Below, in pieces: positions 1 through 9,787 of a stretch of DNA of 48,382 nucleotides; the stretch's first letter is position 1, and every line of letters begins with the position of its first letter. Where the stretch lies: positions 1-48,382 of the forward strand of contig CBFCXR010000002.1 in assembly GCA_965602045.1 (NCBI GenBank), read 5' to 3'. The position numbers were made by a program, and so were the translations under genes. Source of the stretch: an uncultured Bacteroidales bacterium. GTDB taxonomy: Bacteria; Bacteroidota; Bacteroidia; Bacteroidales; UBA10428. The notes below the pieces were generated by a model. That model saw only the letters and a program-made list of their open reading frames with translations, was not told where the DNA came from and made no database searches.

Positions 1-3000
1 TTACCACTGCTAATGTATCTGACCATGTTCCTGAGCCACATGTATTTACACCTCTAACAGTAATATATGCAGTTCCGGTCCATGAATTATCCCAGTTTAC
101 TGTTCCTGTTGTTCCGGCTCCTGAGATTGATCCTGCTGCTACAGGTGAGATGTTCCAGTTATAGCTTGCAGCACCGGTTGCGCCTGAAGTAGTATAATCA
201 GTATCCGCTGAGTTAACAAGTAAAGTGTCTGATCCTGTTGGTGTTCCGGCCTGACCAGGATAGGGCGATACTGTTACACTAAGAGTATCAGAAGCTACGC
301 CAATACCACAATCTAAATTTTCTCCTTTTGCCACTATTTTTGCGGTTCCGTTGAATGCGGCATCCCAATTAACAGTACCTGTAGTACCTGTCCCGTTTAT
401 TGTTCCTGCAGCAACCGGAGATAATTCCCATACATAGGTTGAAGCATATTGCGAATATGTTGAATAATCATTGTCAGGTCCGTCCTGGCAAACTGAAGTT
501 GATCCTGAAATAGCTGAAGGTTTACGCGGTATGCGATACACAACAACAGTTACAGTATCGGAGGATTCGCTTATACAAGAATTGGCATCTACAATATTTA
601 CATAATAATCTCCGCTCTCAGTTACGTTAATTGTATCGGTTGTTTCAGCGTTTGACCATAATGAGAATAATCCTCCTCCTGATGATATTAATAATAAGGT
701 ATCGTTATCACAGAATGGGGTATTTCCAACAGTGTCAATTGTAGGTGCCGGTATAGCAGGATAATATCCCACTATTGCCGAAGAGCCAAAATCAGTACCA
801 GCACAACCATTTCCGTCAGTAATTTCAATAATCCTGTAATTACCGCTATCGCTAACAAGGAATGTATAAGGATTAAGACTTGTTGTGACCTCTGTTGTGT
901 CTGCAGTATTAGTATATTTAAATGTCCAGTCAGACTGTCCTGTGAAGAAAGCTGTTAAAGTTGTGGAACTTCCTTCGCACATTGTTGTAGTACCATTTAG
1001 TGTTCCTGAAGGAATTTCATAAACGGTAGCACTCTGCGTGTTTACACCTGCACAACCAGATACCGGATCATTATATGTATATGTGACATCATGAGTACCG
1101 TCACCTGCAGTTGCAGGATCGAACGATCCCGTTCCATCTCCGTTATTACTTACACCTGTTCCTGAGAATGTTCCGTTAGCATCCTGGGGACTGCCTGTTA
1201 ATGCAACAGAACCATCAGATTCACAGTATGGCCCGGCAAGGCCTGAAAAATCTACTATCGGGAGGGGATCACCAAAAGTTACCGGATTATTATTGTTACT
1301 TACATTAGATGAAGATGTTATTGTTCCTGCACTAATATCTCCGGTTGTTCCTCCATTACCTAGATCTTCCCATTGAGCACCATCCCAGGCAACAACCTTG
1401 AGCTGTACAAGATCGGCTATACAACAGCTGGAACCATTCCAACCGATTGTTACACCTACATTTGATGCACCCACTGTTCTGTCAAGCACCCAATATTCAC
1501 AACTTGATACATTGTCAATTGTACCTTCTTTTAATGATATATCATAAATAGGATCAGGATTCTCATAGAAATATTCGGTTTCAAATGCATCGGTAATATT
1601 TGATGGGGCAGAGATAGAAAGAGGTTTATAAATATCGTCTTTGCCTACAGGAAAAGTAAAGGCGCTGTTTCCAATTTTTTCAATCGGTCCTTCGATATAA
1701 CTATTGGATGATCCACCTGCAACTGATGCACCATTTTCTAAAGTCATTAAGTTAGAAGCTGTAGTCACGACAATCCCATCAGTTAAAGTAAGTGTGCCGG
1801 GAACAGAAACATCTCCTTCAAGAGAAACCTGTGGTGATGTTATTCTTGAATTGTTAATAGTAATATTCTGAAAAGTAAAATCATCTGTTCCTGAACCTGT
1901 ATTCTGTGGAATAACTTGTAAATATTGAGTACTATTGAATGATACGGTGGAATTATCATTTCCATCTAAAATACCATATGGTGTACCACCTCTTACAAAA
2001 TCTCCTGAAATATTTAAAGCTGAATTATTATTTAATTCAATTTCAATTTGATTTTGGGCCGATGCTGAAAATGTTATATCTCCCAAAGCAGTTAAGACAG
2101 CAGAGGTATTTATTTGCATAAAAATTTTCTGGCCTCCTGTATGTGTAAGATTAATATCCTGTGCTACCTGCAATGCAGAAGTACCATTTAATATAAATTC
2201 AGTATTAACAGCCGTTCCTGCAGAACTTAAAATATTTAGATCACTGCCAACAGTAATAAATGAATTATCGTTTATCGTTACAGAAAATTCATTTGCTCCA
2301 CCTGCCCTGTTAATAATAAAATCATCATCAATATCTAAACCTCCTGAATTCTGTACTATTATTGTTCCATCGTAATTATTTCCATTATTAATAAAAGTAA
2401 CTGAACCATTAACATGGAGTGTATCAGCATCAATAATTAATGAAGTGTTTTCATTTTCCACCTCAAGATATATTGCAGCAGATTCAGTACCTATAACTGT
2501 TACATCATATCCTTTTATATGTACAATGTTTTGTTTCGTAGGATAAGAAGCAGCCGGGGCACCGCCTTCAGCATTTGACCAAGTATTAGGATCATTCCAG
2601 TTCCCATCGGCTATGGACCAATATTGAACATTGCTTGTATTATTTACTGCCAGCGTAAATGTTCCATGAGTTCTTCTGTCATCAACAGATATATAATATG
2701 TATTACCTGGTGTTAAGGTATCTACTGTCAGGGAAAGTGTACCGGTATACCAGTCAGCAGCGTTTGCACAACCTGCCTCTATACCATTCGATGTCCATAC
2801 GGCAATCTGCTGGCTTTGCATTGAACCTGAAACACCACCGGTTATAACATCCACTGCAAGGCTATCGAATAATGCATCAAATTTAAACCATACGTTATTA
2901 CCAGTACCACCTGTCCAACAAGAACCTGCTGATTCATCAGCTGTAGCATAGGTATTACTATATTCAGCATCTAATGATTGCCAATTATTTAAGTCTGTTA

Positions 3001-6000
3001 ATTCAATTGCTCCTGATTTATAATCGTAACCAGGATCATTGTTTACACATAATGAAAATGTACCATGTGTACGTCTGTCATCTATAGAAATATAATACGT
3101 ATGACCTACTGTTAAAGTATCAACCGATAATGTTAACGTTCCCTGGTACCAGTCAGCTGCATTTATACATCCTGTTTCTGTACTACTTTCATTCCAAAGT
3201 GCTATTTGCTGGCCACGCATTGTTCCATAGGCTCCACCTGTTTTTACATCTACCTGGATTGAACCTGTGGTAGCAACAAAATAATACCAAAGATTATTTC
3301 CTGTTCCTCCACTCCAGCATGATCCTGCTGATTCATCAGCTGTAGCATAAGTATTATTATATGCAGCATCTGTTGAGCACCAGTTAACAATATCTGTAAG
3401 TTCTAATGCTCCGGATAAATAATCGTTAGAAACAACAGCATTTATGCAAAGAGTAAATGTTCCATGAGTTCTTCTATCATCAACAGATATCCAATAATCA
3501 GCAGCCGGAGTTAAGGTATCAATACTCAGTGAGAGTGTACCCTGATACCAATCTGCTGCATTTATACATCCAACTTCTGTACCTGTATTATTCCAAAGTG
3601 CTATTTGTTGTCCACGCATTGATCCATTTGCGCCACCGGTAATAACATCAATCTGAACTGCATTTGTTAAGGCATTAAATTTAAACCACACATTATTGCC
3701 AGTTCCACCACTCCAGCATGAACCAGCTGTTTCATCAGCTGTAGCATATGTATTACTATATTCCGCATCGACGGAACACCAGTTATCTATTGATGATATA
3801 TCGTAAGCTCCCGATTTAAAGTCATAATTTTGTTTATAATCAGCACAAATAGTAAATGTACCGTGTGTACGTCTGTCATCCACAGAAATATGATATGTGT
3901 GTCCCGGAGTTAAAGTATCTGAGCTAAGACTTAATGTTCCCTGATACCAGTCGGCTGCATTTATACATCCTACTTCTGTACTACTTTCATTCCACAGTGC
4001 GATTTGCTGACCACGCATTGTCCCTTTTATCCCTCCTGTAATTACATCGATTGTCACTGCCGTAGTAGGAGCAACAAATTTAAACCATACATTATTTCCT
4101 GTGCCTCCACTCCAGCATGAACCAGCTGTTTGATCAGCTGTTGCATAAGTATTATTATAAGCAGCATCATTTGAACACCAATCACCTAGTGGTGAAATTA
4201 ATATTGCACCCGCTTTAAAATCAAATCCAGCTTTATTATTTACACATAGCGTAAAGGTTCCATGTGTTCGTCTATCATCAACAGATATGTAATATGTTCT
4301 TCCTACCGTAAGTGTATCTGCACTAAGACTAAGTATTCCCTGATACCAGTCTGCTCCATTAATACATCCCACCTCTGTTCCGTTTTCATTCCAAAGTGCA
4401 ATTTGTTGTCCACGCATTGATCCAAAAGAACCACCTGTTTTAACATCTATTTGAATCTCTCCGGAAATAGCAACAAATTTAAACCATACATTATTTCCGG
4501 TTCCTCCACTCCAGCAAGAGCCAGCTGCCTGATCAGGAGTTGCATAAACATTGTTGTATGCTGCATCAGCCGAGCACCAGTTATCAACATCCAGCATAAG
4601 CTCGGCACCAGCTTTAAAATCATATCCTACTTCATCGTCAATTTCCAGAGTAAAAGTACCATGAGTTCTTCTGTCATCAACAGATATATAATAAGTTCTT
4701 CCAAGTGTCAGAGTGTCAATTTCACTTGTTAACGTTCCCTGAAACCAGTCTGCGGCATTAGCGCATTTGATTTCCCCGCCGGCAGCATTCCATAAAGCTA
4801 TCTGCTGTCCTCTCATTGTACCCTTGGTTCCTCCTGTAATAACGCTAATTTTAATATTCTGGGAAGATGCAACGAATTTAAACCATACATTATTTGCTGT
4901 TCCGCCGGACCAGCATGAACCTGCTGATTCATCAGGTGTTGCATATATATTATCAAATTCCGCATCCAATGAACTATAGTTGTTAATGTCAGTTATCTCA
5001 AATGCCCCTGATTTATAATCATAACCTACTTCATCATAGATGCAAAGAGTGAATGTTCCGTGCGTTCTTCTGTCATCAACAGATATCCAATAATCATGGC
5101 CTAAAGTGAGTGTATCTATACTAATTGATAATGTTCCCTGATACCAGTCAGTAGCATTTATACATTTAACTTCAGTTCCATCAGAATTCCATATTGCAAT
5201 CTGCTGACCCCGCATAGAACCATATGATCCACCGGTAATAACATCAACTTTTATAGCCTGGGTAGCAGCGTTAAATTTAAACCATACATTATCTGCCGAT
5301 CCGCCGCTCCAGCATGAACCCGCTGATTCATCAGGCGTTGCATAAGTGTTTTGATAGGCAGCATCTGCAGAGCACCAGTTAGATAAATCTGTAAGTTCAA
5401 CTGCTCCTGATTTGAAATCGTAACCCGCAGTATCATCAATACATAATGTAAAAGTACCGTGTGTTCGCCTGTCATCAACCGAAATCCAGTAATAATGTCC
5501 TGTTGTGAGAGTATCCATGCTCAGGGAAAGTGTTCCCTGATACCAATCTGCACTGTTATTACATGCTACCTCATCATTGGAAGCATTCCAAATAGCAATT
5601 TGCTGTCCCCTCATGGTACCATAAGAACCTCCGGTAATAACATCCACTTTCACTGCATTGGTAGTGGCAATAAATTTAAACCATACATTATCTCCTGTAC
5701 CCCCTGACCAGCATGAGCCGGCAGACATATCTGACGAGGCTGAGCTGTTTGTATATGCAGCATCTGCAGAGCACCAATTATCAATATCTGCCAGTAATCT
5801 GGCTCCTGAATAATCGTCATAATCGCGAACACTGGTATAATTTGTATCTGTGTTTGTACAGCCATTAAAATCAGTGTATGAGTAAACAATAGTATGATCT
5901 CCCAAACCTGCAGCAGCAGGATCGAACTGGTCACCTGATATACCATTACCCGTAAAGGTTCCTCCCGGAGGTGCTCCTGTTAAAGTAACAGGACCGTCAA

Positions 6001-6757
6001 TATTAATATCATAAACAGAATCTAAACCTGAAAAACTTACAACAGGAAGCGCATTAAGAGTGATGTTTAATGTAACAGTGTCGCCTATAGTACAACCATT
6101 ATCTTCTGCCACCTGAACACTTGCTGCTCCCGGAATACTTCCCCAGTCAACAGTAATACTATTTGTATTGCCACCGCCGGCTTGTGTGCCACCTGTTATA
6201 ATCCAGTCATATGTTGAACCCGGTGTGTTAACTACTGAGTAAGGAATACCTGTGGAATTAACACATTCGGCATTGGATCCTGTTATTGCAGATGTTGCAG
6301 GTATCGGGCAGCAACTTATTGTAGCTTCCCATCCTGCATTGACTAAAGAACCATCGGAAGTAAATTGAAAAGTTAATATTGTATCAGTAGACTGAACAGT
6401 AAAACTCAAACCTTCACCTGTATATGTTCCAATTATAGGTGATAATACATCATCTCCGTCAAAGACTTTTAACGTATCTCCTCCTTCATTTCTTAAATCA
6501 AACGAAGTGAAATCAAAAGTTATTCTTTCTCCACCGGCAGAACTGAAACTTACTGTATAATTTTCATTATTGGTGTAATCTCCTGCACCGGCGCCGCTAT
6601 CATAGAAAGTGCCTGAACAGGTCTCAATTGTCTGGCTATCAAGAGTATCAATGCGGTAGGTCTGTCCAAAATTACTTATTGCTATAAATAGGAATATAGA
6701 AAACAGGGGTAGGAATTTGATACTTAACCAATCGATATTATGATGTGAATTAACCAA
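1..6757 (-). CDS. Giant secreted multidomain surface or adhesin-like protein. The C-terminus runs off the left window edge; at least 2252 codons lie in the window. Order from the N-terminus: signal peptide, CUB-like domain, PKD/Ig-like domains, 8 x 133-aa tandem repeats, beta-helix-like region (GNWNDPNTWS motif), more PKD/Ig-like domains.
   Basis: Absent from the ORF track because there is no in-window stop. By-eye reverse-strand translation, in the phase of + triplets starting at position 2, shows no in-phase tta/cta/tca from 2 to 6757. An in-frame TAG (+ cta at 6776-6778) bounds the 5' end. There is no ATG between that stop and the hydrophobic segment, so TTG at 6755-6757 is the best start candidate: (M)VNSHHNIDWLSIKFLPLFSIFLFIAISNFGQ. 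Repeated motifs stay in frame throughout. Confidence 0.85.
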   Translation of the reverse strand, partial: MVNSHHNIDWLSIKFLPLFSIFLFIAISNFGQTYRIDTLDSQTIETCSGTFYDSGAGAGDYTNNENYTVSFSSAGGERITFDFTSFDLRNEGGDTLKVFDGDDVLSPIIGTYTGEGLSFTVQSTDTILTFQFTSDGSLVNAGWEATISCCPIPATSAITGSNAECVNSTGIPYSVVNTPGSTYDWIITGGTQAGGGNTNSITVDWGSIPGAASVQVAEDNGCTIGDTVTLNITLNALPVVSFSGLDSVYDINIDGPVTLTGAPPGGTFTGNGISGDQFDPAAAGLGDHTIVYSYTDFNGCTNTDTNYTSVRDYDDYSGARLLADIDNWCSADAAYTNSSASSDMSAGSCWSGGTGDNVWFKFIATTNAVKVDVITGGSYGTMRGQQIAIWNASNDEVACNNSADWYQGTLSLSMDTLTTGHYYWISVDDRRTHGTFTLCIDDTAGYDFKSGAVELTDLSNWCSADAAYQNTYATPDESAGSCWSGGSADNVWFKFNAATQAIKVDVITGGSYGSMRGQQIAIWNSDGTEVKCINATDWYQGTLSISIDTLTLGHDYWISVDDRRTHGTFTLCIYDEVGYDYKSGAFEITDINNYSSLDAEFDNIYATPDESAGSCWSGGTANNVWFKFVASSQNIKISVITGGTKGTMRGQQIALWNAAGGEIKCANAADWFQGTLTSEIDTLTLGRTYYISVDDRRTHGTFTLEIDDEVGYDFKAGAELMLDVDNWCSADAAYNNVYATPDQAAGSCWSGGTGNNVWFKFVAISGEIQIDVKTGGSFGSMRGQQIALWNENGTEVGCINGADWYQGILSLSADTLTVGRTYYISVDDRRTHGTFTLCVNNKAGFDFKAGAILISPLGDWCSNDAAYNNTYATADQTAGSCWSGGTGNNVWFKFVAPTTAVTIDVITGGIKGTMRGQQIALWNESSTEVGCINAADWYQGTLSLSSDTLTPGHTYHISVDDRRTHGTFTICADYKQNYDFKSGAYDISSIDNWCSVDAEYSNTYATADETAGSCWSGGTGNNVWFKFNALTNAVQIDVITGGANGSMRGQQIALWNNTGTEVGCINAADWYQGTLSLSIDTLTPAADYWISVDDRRTHGTFTLCINAVVSNDYLSGALELTDIVNWCSTDAAYNNTYATADESAGSCWSGGTGNNLWYYFVATTGSIQVDVKTGGAYGTMRGQQIALWNESSTETGCINAADWYQGTLTLSVDTLTVGHTYYISIDDRRTHGTFSLCVNNDPGYDYKSGAIELTDLNNWQSLDAEYSNTYATADESAGSCWTGGTGNNVWFKFDALFDSLAVDVITGGVSGSMQSQQIAVWTSNGIEAGCANAADWYTGTLSLTVDTLTPGNTYYISVDDRRTHGTFTLAVNNTSNVQYWSIADGNWNDPNTWSNAEGGAPAASYPTKQNIVHIKGYDVTVIGTESAAIYLEVENENTSLIIDADTLHVNGSVTFINNGNNYDGTIIVQNSGGLDIDDDFIINRAGGANEFSVTINDNSFITVGSDLNILSSAGTAVNTEFILNGTSALQVAQDINLTHTGGQKIFMQINTSAVLTALGDITFSASAQNQIEIELNNNSALNISGDFVRGGTPYGILDGNDNSTVSFNSTQYLQVIPQNTGSGTDDFTFQNITINNSRITSPQVSLEGDVSVPGTLTLTDGIVVTTASNLMTLENGASVAGGSSNSYIEGPIEKIGNSAFTFPVGKDDIYKPLSISAPSNITDAFETEYFYENPDPIYDISLKEGTIDNVSSCEYWVLDRTVGASNVGVTIGWNGSSCCIADLVQLKVVAWDGAQWEDLGNGGTTGDISAGTITSSSNVSNNNNPVTFGDPLPIVDFSGLAGPYCESDGSVALTGSPQDANGTFSGTGVSNNGDGTGSFDPATAGDGTHDVTYTYNDPVSGCAGVNTQSATVYEIPSGTLNGTTTMCEGSSTTLTAFFTGQSDWTFKYTNTADTTEVTTSLNPYTFLVSDSGNYRIIEITDGNGCAGTDFGSSAIVGYYPAIPAPTIDTVGNTPFCDNDTLLLISSGGGLFSLWSNAETTDTINVTESGDYYVNIVDANSCISESSDTVTVVVYRIPRKPSAISGSTSVCQDGPDNDYSTYSQYASTYVWELSPVAAGTINGTGTTGTVNWDAAFNGTAKIVAKGENLDCGIGVASDTLSVTVSPYPGQAGTPTGSDTLLVNSADTDYTTSGATGAASYNWNISPVAAGSISGAGTTGTVNWDNSWTGTAYITVRGVNTCGSGTWSDTLAVV
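2648..5839 (-). repeat. Eight in-frame tandem coding repeats, unit exactly 399 bp (133 aa), inside the giant ORF
   Basis: The second Asp codon of the VDDRRTHGTF motif (+ strand atc) starts at 2681, 3080, 3479, 3878, 4277, 4676, 5075 and 5474, an exact 399-nt spacing. By-eye consensus: D(Y/F)KSGA.EL.D..NWCS.DAAY.NTYATADESAGSCWSGGTGNNVWFKF.A....I.(I/V)DV.TGG..G(T/S)MRGQQIALWN..GTEVGCINAADWYQGTLSLS.DTLT.G.TYYISVDDRRTHGTFTLC. Confidence 0.9.
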
Positions 6758-7250
6758 AATTAATGGATTATAAAACTAATATTATATCATTAATGCGCAA
6801 AACCTTTGCTAATAAAAGTTTTCTGTGATTATTTAATTTATATATTAAATTACTAAAAATTTTCCAATTATTAAAATCTATATTAAATAAAATTAGACGA
6901 TTAGCTTCCAAATGTTCTATGTACATTATAACGAATTTCAAGATCATTCAGTTGCAGTTTATTAAGACTATAGTGTTTCAATCATTTCAATTTTGATAAA
7001 ATTAAAATAAACGTTGATGAACACATCATTATTCAATATAAAGGATAAAGATTTAAAAATTTAAATTAAATAATTTTATTAAAATAATTTAATATTATGG
7101 TATTAAAAGATTAAAACTTTATCAACAGCAACAAATTTATGTGTGAATTATTTAAATTGAAGAAAAATTGAAATTATACATAAGACAATTATCCAAAAAT
7201 CTTATTTTTGTCAATTCAAATTTTTATTTTCATTTCAATCAGATTATATA

Positions 7251-8081
7251 ATGTTTAAGATTATCGATAAAGAAAATTTTTCAAAAAATGTAGTTAAGCT
7301 TGATATTAGTGCGCAACGAATATCTGAAAAAAGGAAAGCCGGGCATTTTGTTATTGTTAAGATAGGTAATAAAGGAGAAAGAATACCTCTGACCATTGCG
7401 GGCGCAGATCCTTTAAAAGGTACAATTTCCTTAGTTATCCAAAAAGTAGGAGTTACCTCACATAAAGTAGCCAGCCTGAACATAGGAGATACATTAACTG
7501 ACGTAGTTGGACCCCTGGGCCAGGCAACTCATATTGAAAATACCGGTACTATATTATGTGCAGGGGGTGGGGTAGGGATTGCTCCGTTACTTCCGATAGT
7601 TGAAGCGATGAAAATGGCAGGGAACAGAGTGATAACTATTCTTGCAGCCAGAACAAAAGAACTTATTATTCTTGAAGAACAGATGAAATCTAATTCCGAT
7701 GAAATTATAGTAATGACCGATGATGGTTCTTATGGAAATAAAGGTCTGGTTACCCAAGGAATGGAAGAAGCCATTAAGAAAGAAAAAATAAACCAGGCAA
7801 TAGCAATTGGCCCTGCTATAATGATGAAATACGCCTCATTATTAACTAAGAAATACAATATTCCAACTATGGCAAGTTTAAATACTATTATGGTGGATGG
7901 TACAGGAATGTGTGGTGCATGCAGAGTGACTGTTGGTGGTGAAACAAAATTTGTATGTGTGGACGGGCCGGAATTTAATGCTCATGATGTTGATTTTGAT
8001 GAGCTGTTATTGAGATTAGGAGCTTATAAAGATGAAGAGGCTATTGCCTACCGGAAGTACCTGGAGACAATTGAGAAATAA
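7251..8081 (+). CDS. PyrK-family FAD/NAD(P)-binding iron-sulfur protein (sulfide/dihydroorotate dehydrogenase-like; NfnA / ferredoxin-NADP+ reductase alpha-subunit type)
   Basis: 276-aa ORF with flavin-binding RIPLTIA, nucleotide-binding GGGVGIAP and a C-terminal 2Fe-2S-type Cys cluster (GMCGACRV...FVCVDGP). It lies directly upstream of a GltD-like partner. Confidence 0.8.
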   Translation: MFKIIDKENFSKNVVKLDISAQRISEKRKAGHFVIVKIGNKGERIPLTIAGADPLKGTISLVIQKVGVTSHKVASLNIGDTLTDVVGPLGQATHIENTGTILCAGGGVGIAPLLPIVEAMKMAGNRVITILAARTKELIILEEQMKSNSDEIIVMTDDGSYGNKGLVTQGMEEAIKKEKINQAIAIGPAIMMKYASLLTKKYNIPTMASLNTIMVDGTGMCGACRVTVGGETKFVCVDGPEFNAHDVDFDELLLRLGAYKDEEAIAYRKYLETIEK

Positions 8082-8218
8082 AATATTAATTAACGTAAAA
8101 CTTTAACTGATTAATATTTAAGAGGATCAGGATTTTATGTAATAAAATGAAACCAGGTTAAAAAATCATCCGGCTAATAGAAAAAAAAATATACATTATT
8201 AAAAAATCACAATGAAAT

Positions 8219-9706
8219 ATGGCTTTTGAACCTGAATATCTGAAAGAAGAGAGAAACAAGGAATGGCGGACAAAACTACGGCAGGATCTTAAAAATAAGG
8301 AGAGAACTAGTCGTGAGAGAATAAGTATGCCTGAACAGGAACCTGACGTCAGAAACAAAAACAATAGTGAAGTAAATCAGGGATTGTCAAGTGAAATGGC
8401 AATTGCGGAAGCCCAAAGATGTATCGATTGTCCAAGTCCTACATGTATTTCAGGGTGCCCTGTAGAAATAAATATACCTAAATTTATTAAATACATTGAG
8501 GCAGGAGATTTCATAAGTTCGGCCAAAGTATTAAAGGAGACTAATACATTACCTGCAGTATGTGGCAGGGTTTGTCCACAGGAAGTACAGTGTGAAATAC
8601 AATGTTTTTATGTGCAGAAGATGAAAAAACCTTCTGTTGCAATAGGTTTTCTGGAAAGATTTGCTGCTGATTATGAAAGAGATAGTGATAAAGTACTTAT
8701 TCCGGAAGTAGCTGACAGCAATAATATTAAAGTAGGAATTATTGGCTCGGGCCCCGGTGGATTAACAGCTGCAGGTGACCTGGCAAAATATGGTTATGAT
8801 GTTACGGTTTTTGAGGCTTTGCACGATGTCGGAGGAGTTTTAAAGTATGGTATTCCGGAATTCAGATTACCTAACGAGGTAGTTGATTATGAAATAGATA
8901 ATCTGCGAAAAATAGGAGTAAAATTTCTTACTAATTTTATTGTTGGAAAAACTGCATCAATAGATGACCTTAAAAATGAAGGATTTGTGTGTTTCTTTGT
9001 TGCAAGTGGCGCCGGACTTCCCAGATTTATGAATATACCTGGTGAGAACTATGTAGGAATATTTTCTGCGAATGAATATCTCACAAGAGTAAATTTAATG
9101 AGTGCTGCAAAGCCTGATTTTGACACTCCTGTACTGTATGGTAAGAGCGTCGCCGTTATCGGGGGAGGAAACACTGCTATGGACTCAGTTAGAACCGCAA
9201 AAAGATTGGGCGCAAAACGGGCAATGATTATTTATCGCAGATCGTTTGATGAAATGCCGGCAAGAATTGAAGAAATTAAGCATGCCCAGGAAGAAGGCAT
9301 AGAATTTTTTAATTTGAACAGTCCCGTTGAATATTATGCTGATAAAGATGGCAGGGTGAACAGAATGAGAGTACAAAAAATGGAGTTAGGTGAGCCGGAT
9401 AGTTCAGGAAGAAGAAGGCCTGTTCCTATTGAAGGTTCAGAATATTATATGGATGTTGACATGGTGGTTGTTAGTGTTGGAGTATCACCCAATCCGTTGA
9501 TCCCTAAAAGCATTCCTGAGCTGGAGGTAACAAAATGGGGTACAATAGAAGTTAATCCGGATAATATGCAGTCATCTATCCCTGAATTATTTGCTGGTGG
9601 TGATATTGTGAGGGGAGGAGCAACAGTAATTCTTGCAATGGGTGACGGGCGGAAAGCTGCTGCCGGAATGCATGAGTATATTCAGAAAATATTGAGGAAA
9701 AAATAA
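8219..9706 (+). CDS. GltD-family NADPH-dependent oxidoreductase (glutamate synthase small-subunit-like; NfnB type)
   Basis: 495 aa. N-terminal Fe-S Cys motifs (CIDCPSPTCISGCP; CGRVCPQEVQCEIQC) and two dinucleotide folds (IIGSGPGGLTAA; VIGGGNTAMD); AGGD near the C-terminus. Confidence 0.85.
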   Translation: MAFEPEYLKEERNKEWRTKLRQDLKNKERTSRERISMPEQEPDVRNKNNSEVNQGLSSEMAIAEAQRCIDCPSPTCISGCPVEINIPKFIKYIEAGDFISSAKVLKETNTLPAVCGRVCPQEVQCEIQCFYVQKMKKPSVAIGFLERFAADYERDSDKVLIPEVADSNNIKVGIIGSGPGGLTAAGDLAKYGYDVTVFEALHDVGGVLKYGIPEFRLPNEVVDYEIDNLRKIGVKFLTNFIVGKTASIDDLKNEGFVCFFVASGAGLPRFMNIPGENYVGIFSANEYLTRVNLMSAAKPDFDTPVLYGKSVAVIGGGNTAMDSVRTAKRLGAKRAMIIYRRSFDEMPARIEEIKHAQEEGIEFFNLNSPVEYYADKDGRVNRMRVQKMELGEPDSSGRRRPVPIEGSEYYMDVDMVVVSVGVSPNPLIPKSIPELEVTKWGTIEVNPDNMQSSIPELFAGGDIVRGGATVILAMGDGRKAAAGMHEYIQKILRKK

Positions 9707-9787
9707 TTTGAATCAAATATATCTGCTTTGTTTTTCGGCATGAAATTATTATATAATTAGTTTATTAAACTATTTAATTAATCGAAC

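Noticed and set aside
2648-5839. Regular 399-bp periodicity as a possible CRISPR array, satellite or non-coding tandem repeat
   Set aside because: The units are contiguous with no spacers, are far longer than CRISPR repeats, are a multiple of 3, and translate in one frame into a conserved 133-aa module. It is a protein-domain array.
1939-5946. Nine short ORFs (60-98 aa, both strands) listed in the track between 1939 and 5946
   Set aside because: All lie inside the giant minus-strand ORF in other frames or antisense. Their translations are low-complexity and several (MFHEFF...) merely recur with the 399-bp coding repeat.
1-6757. Diversity-generating retroelement or other hypervariation mechanism acting on the repeat array
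   Set aside because: No reverse transcriptase, template repeat or adenine-specific variation pattern is visible in the window. Differences among units are spread over all base types.
6758-7250. Invertible (phase-variable) promoter upstream of the giant surface-protein gene
   Set aside because: The 493-bp spacer is extremely AT-rich. I found only short low-complexity palindromes, no flanking inverted repeats of useful length, and no nearby recombinase.
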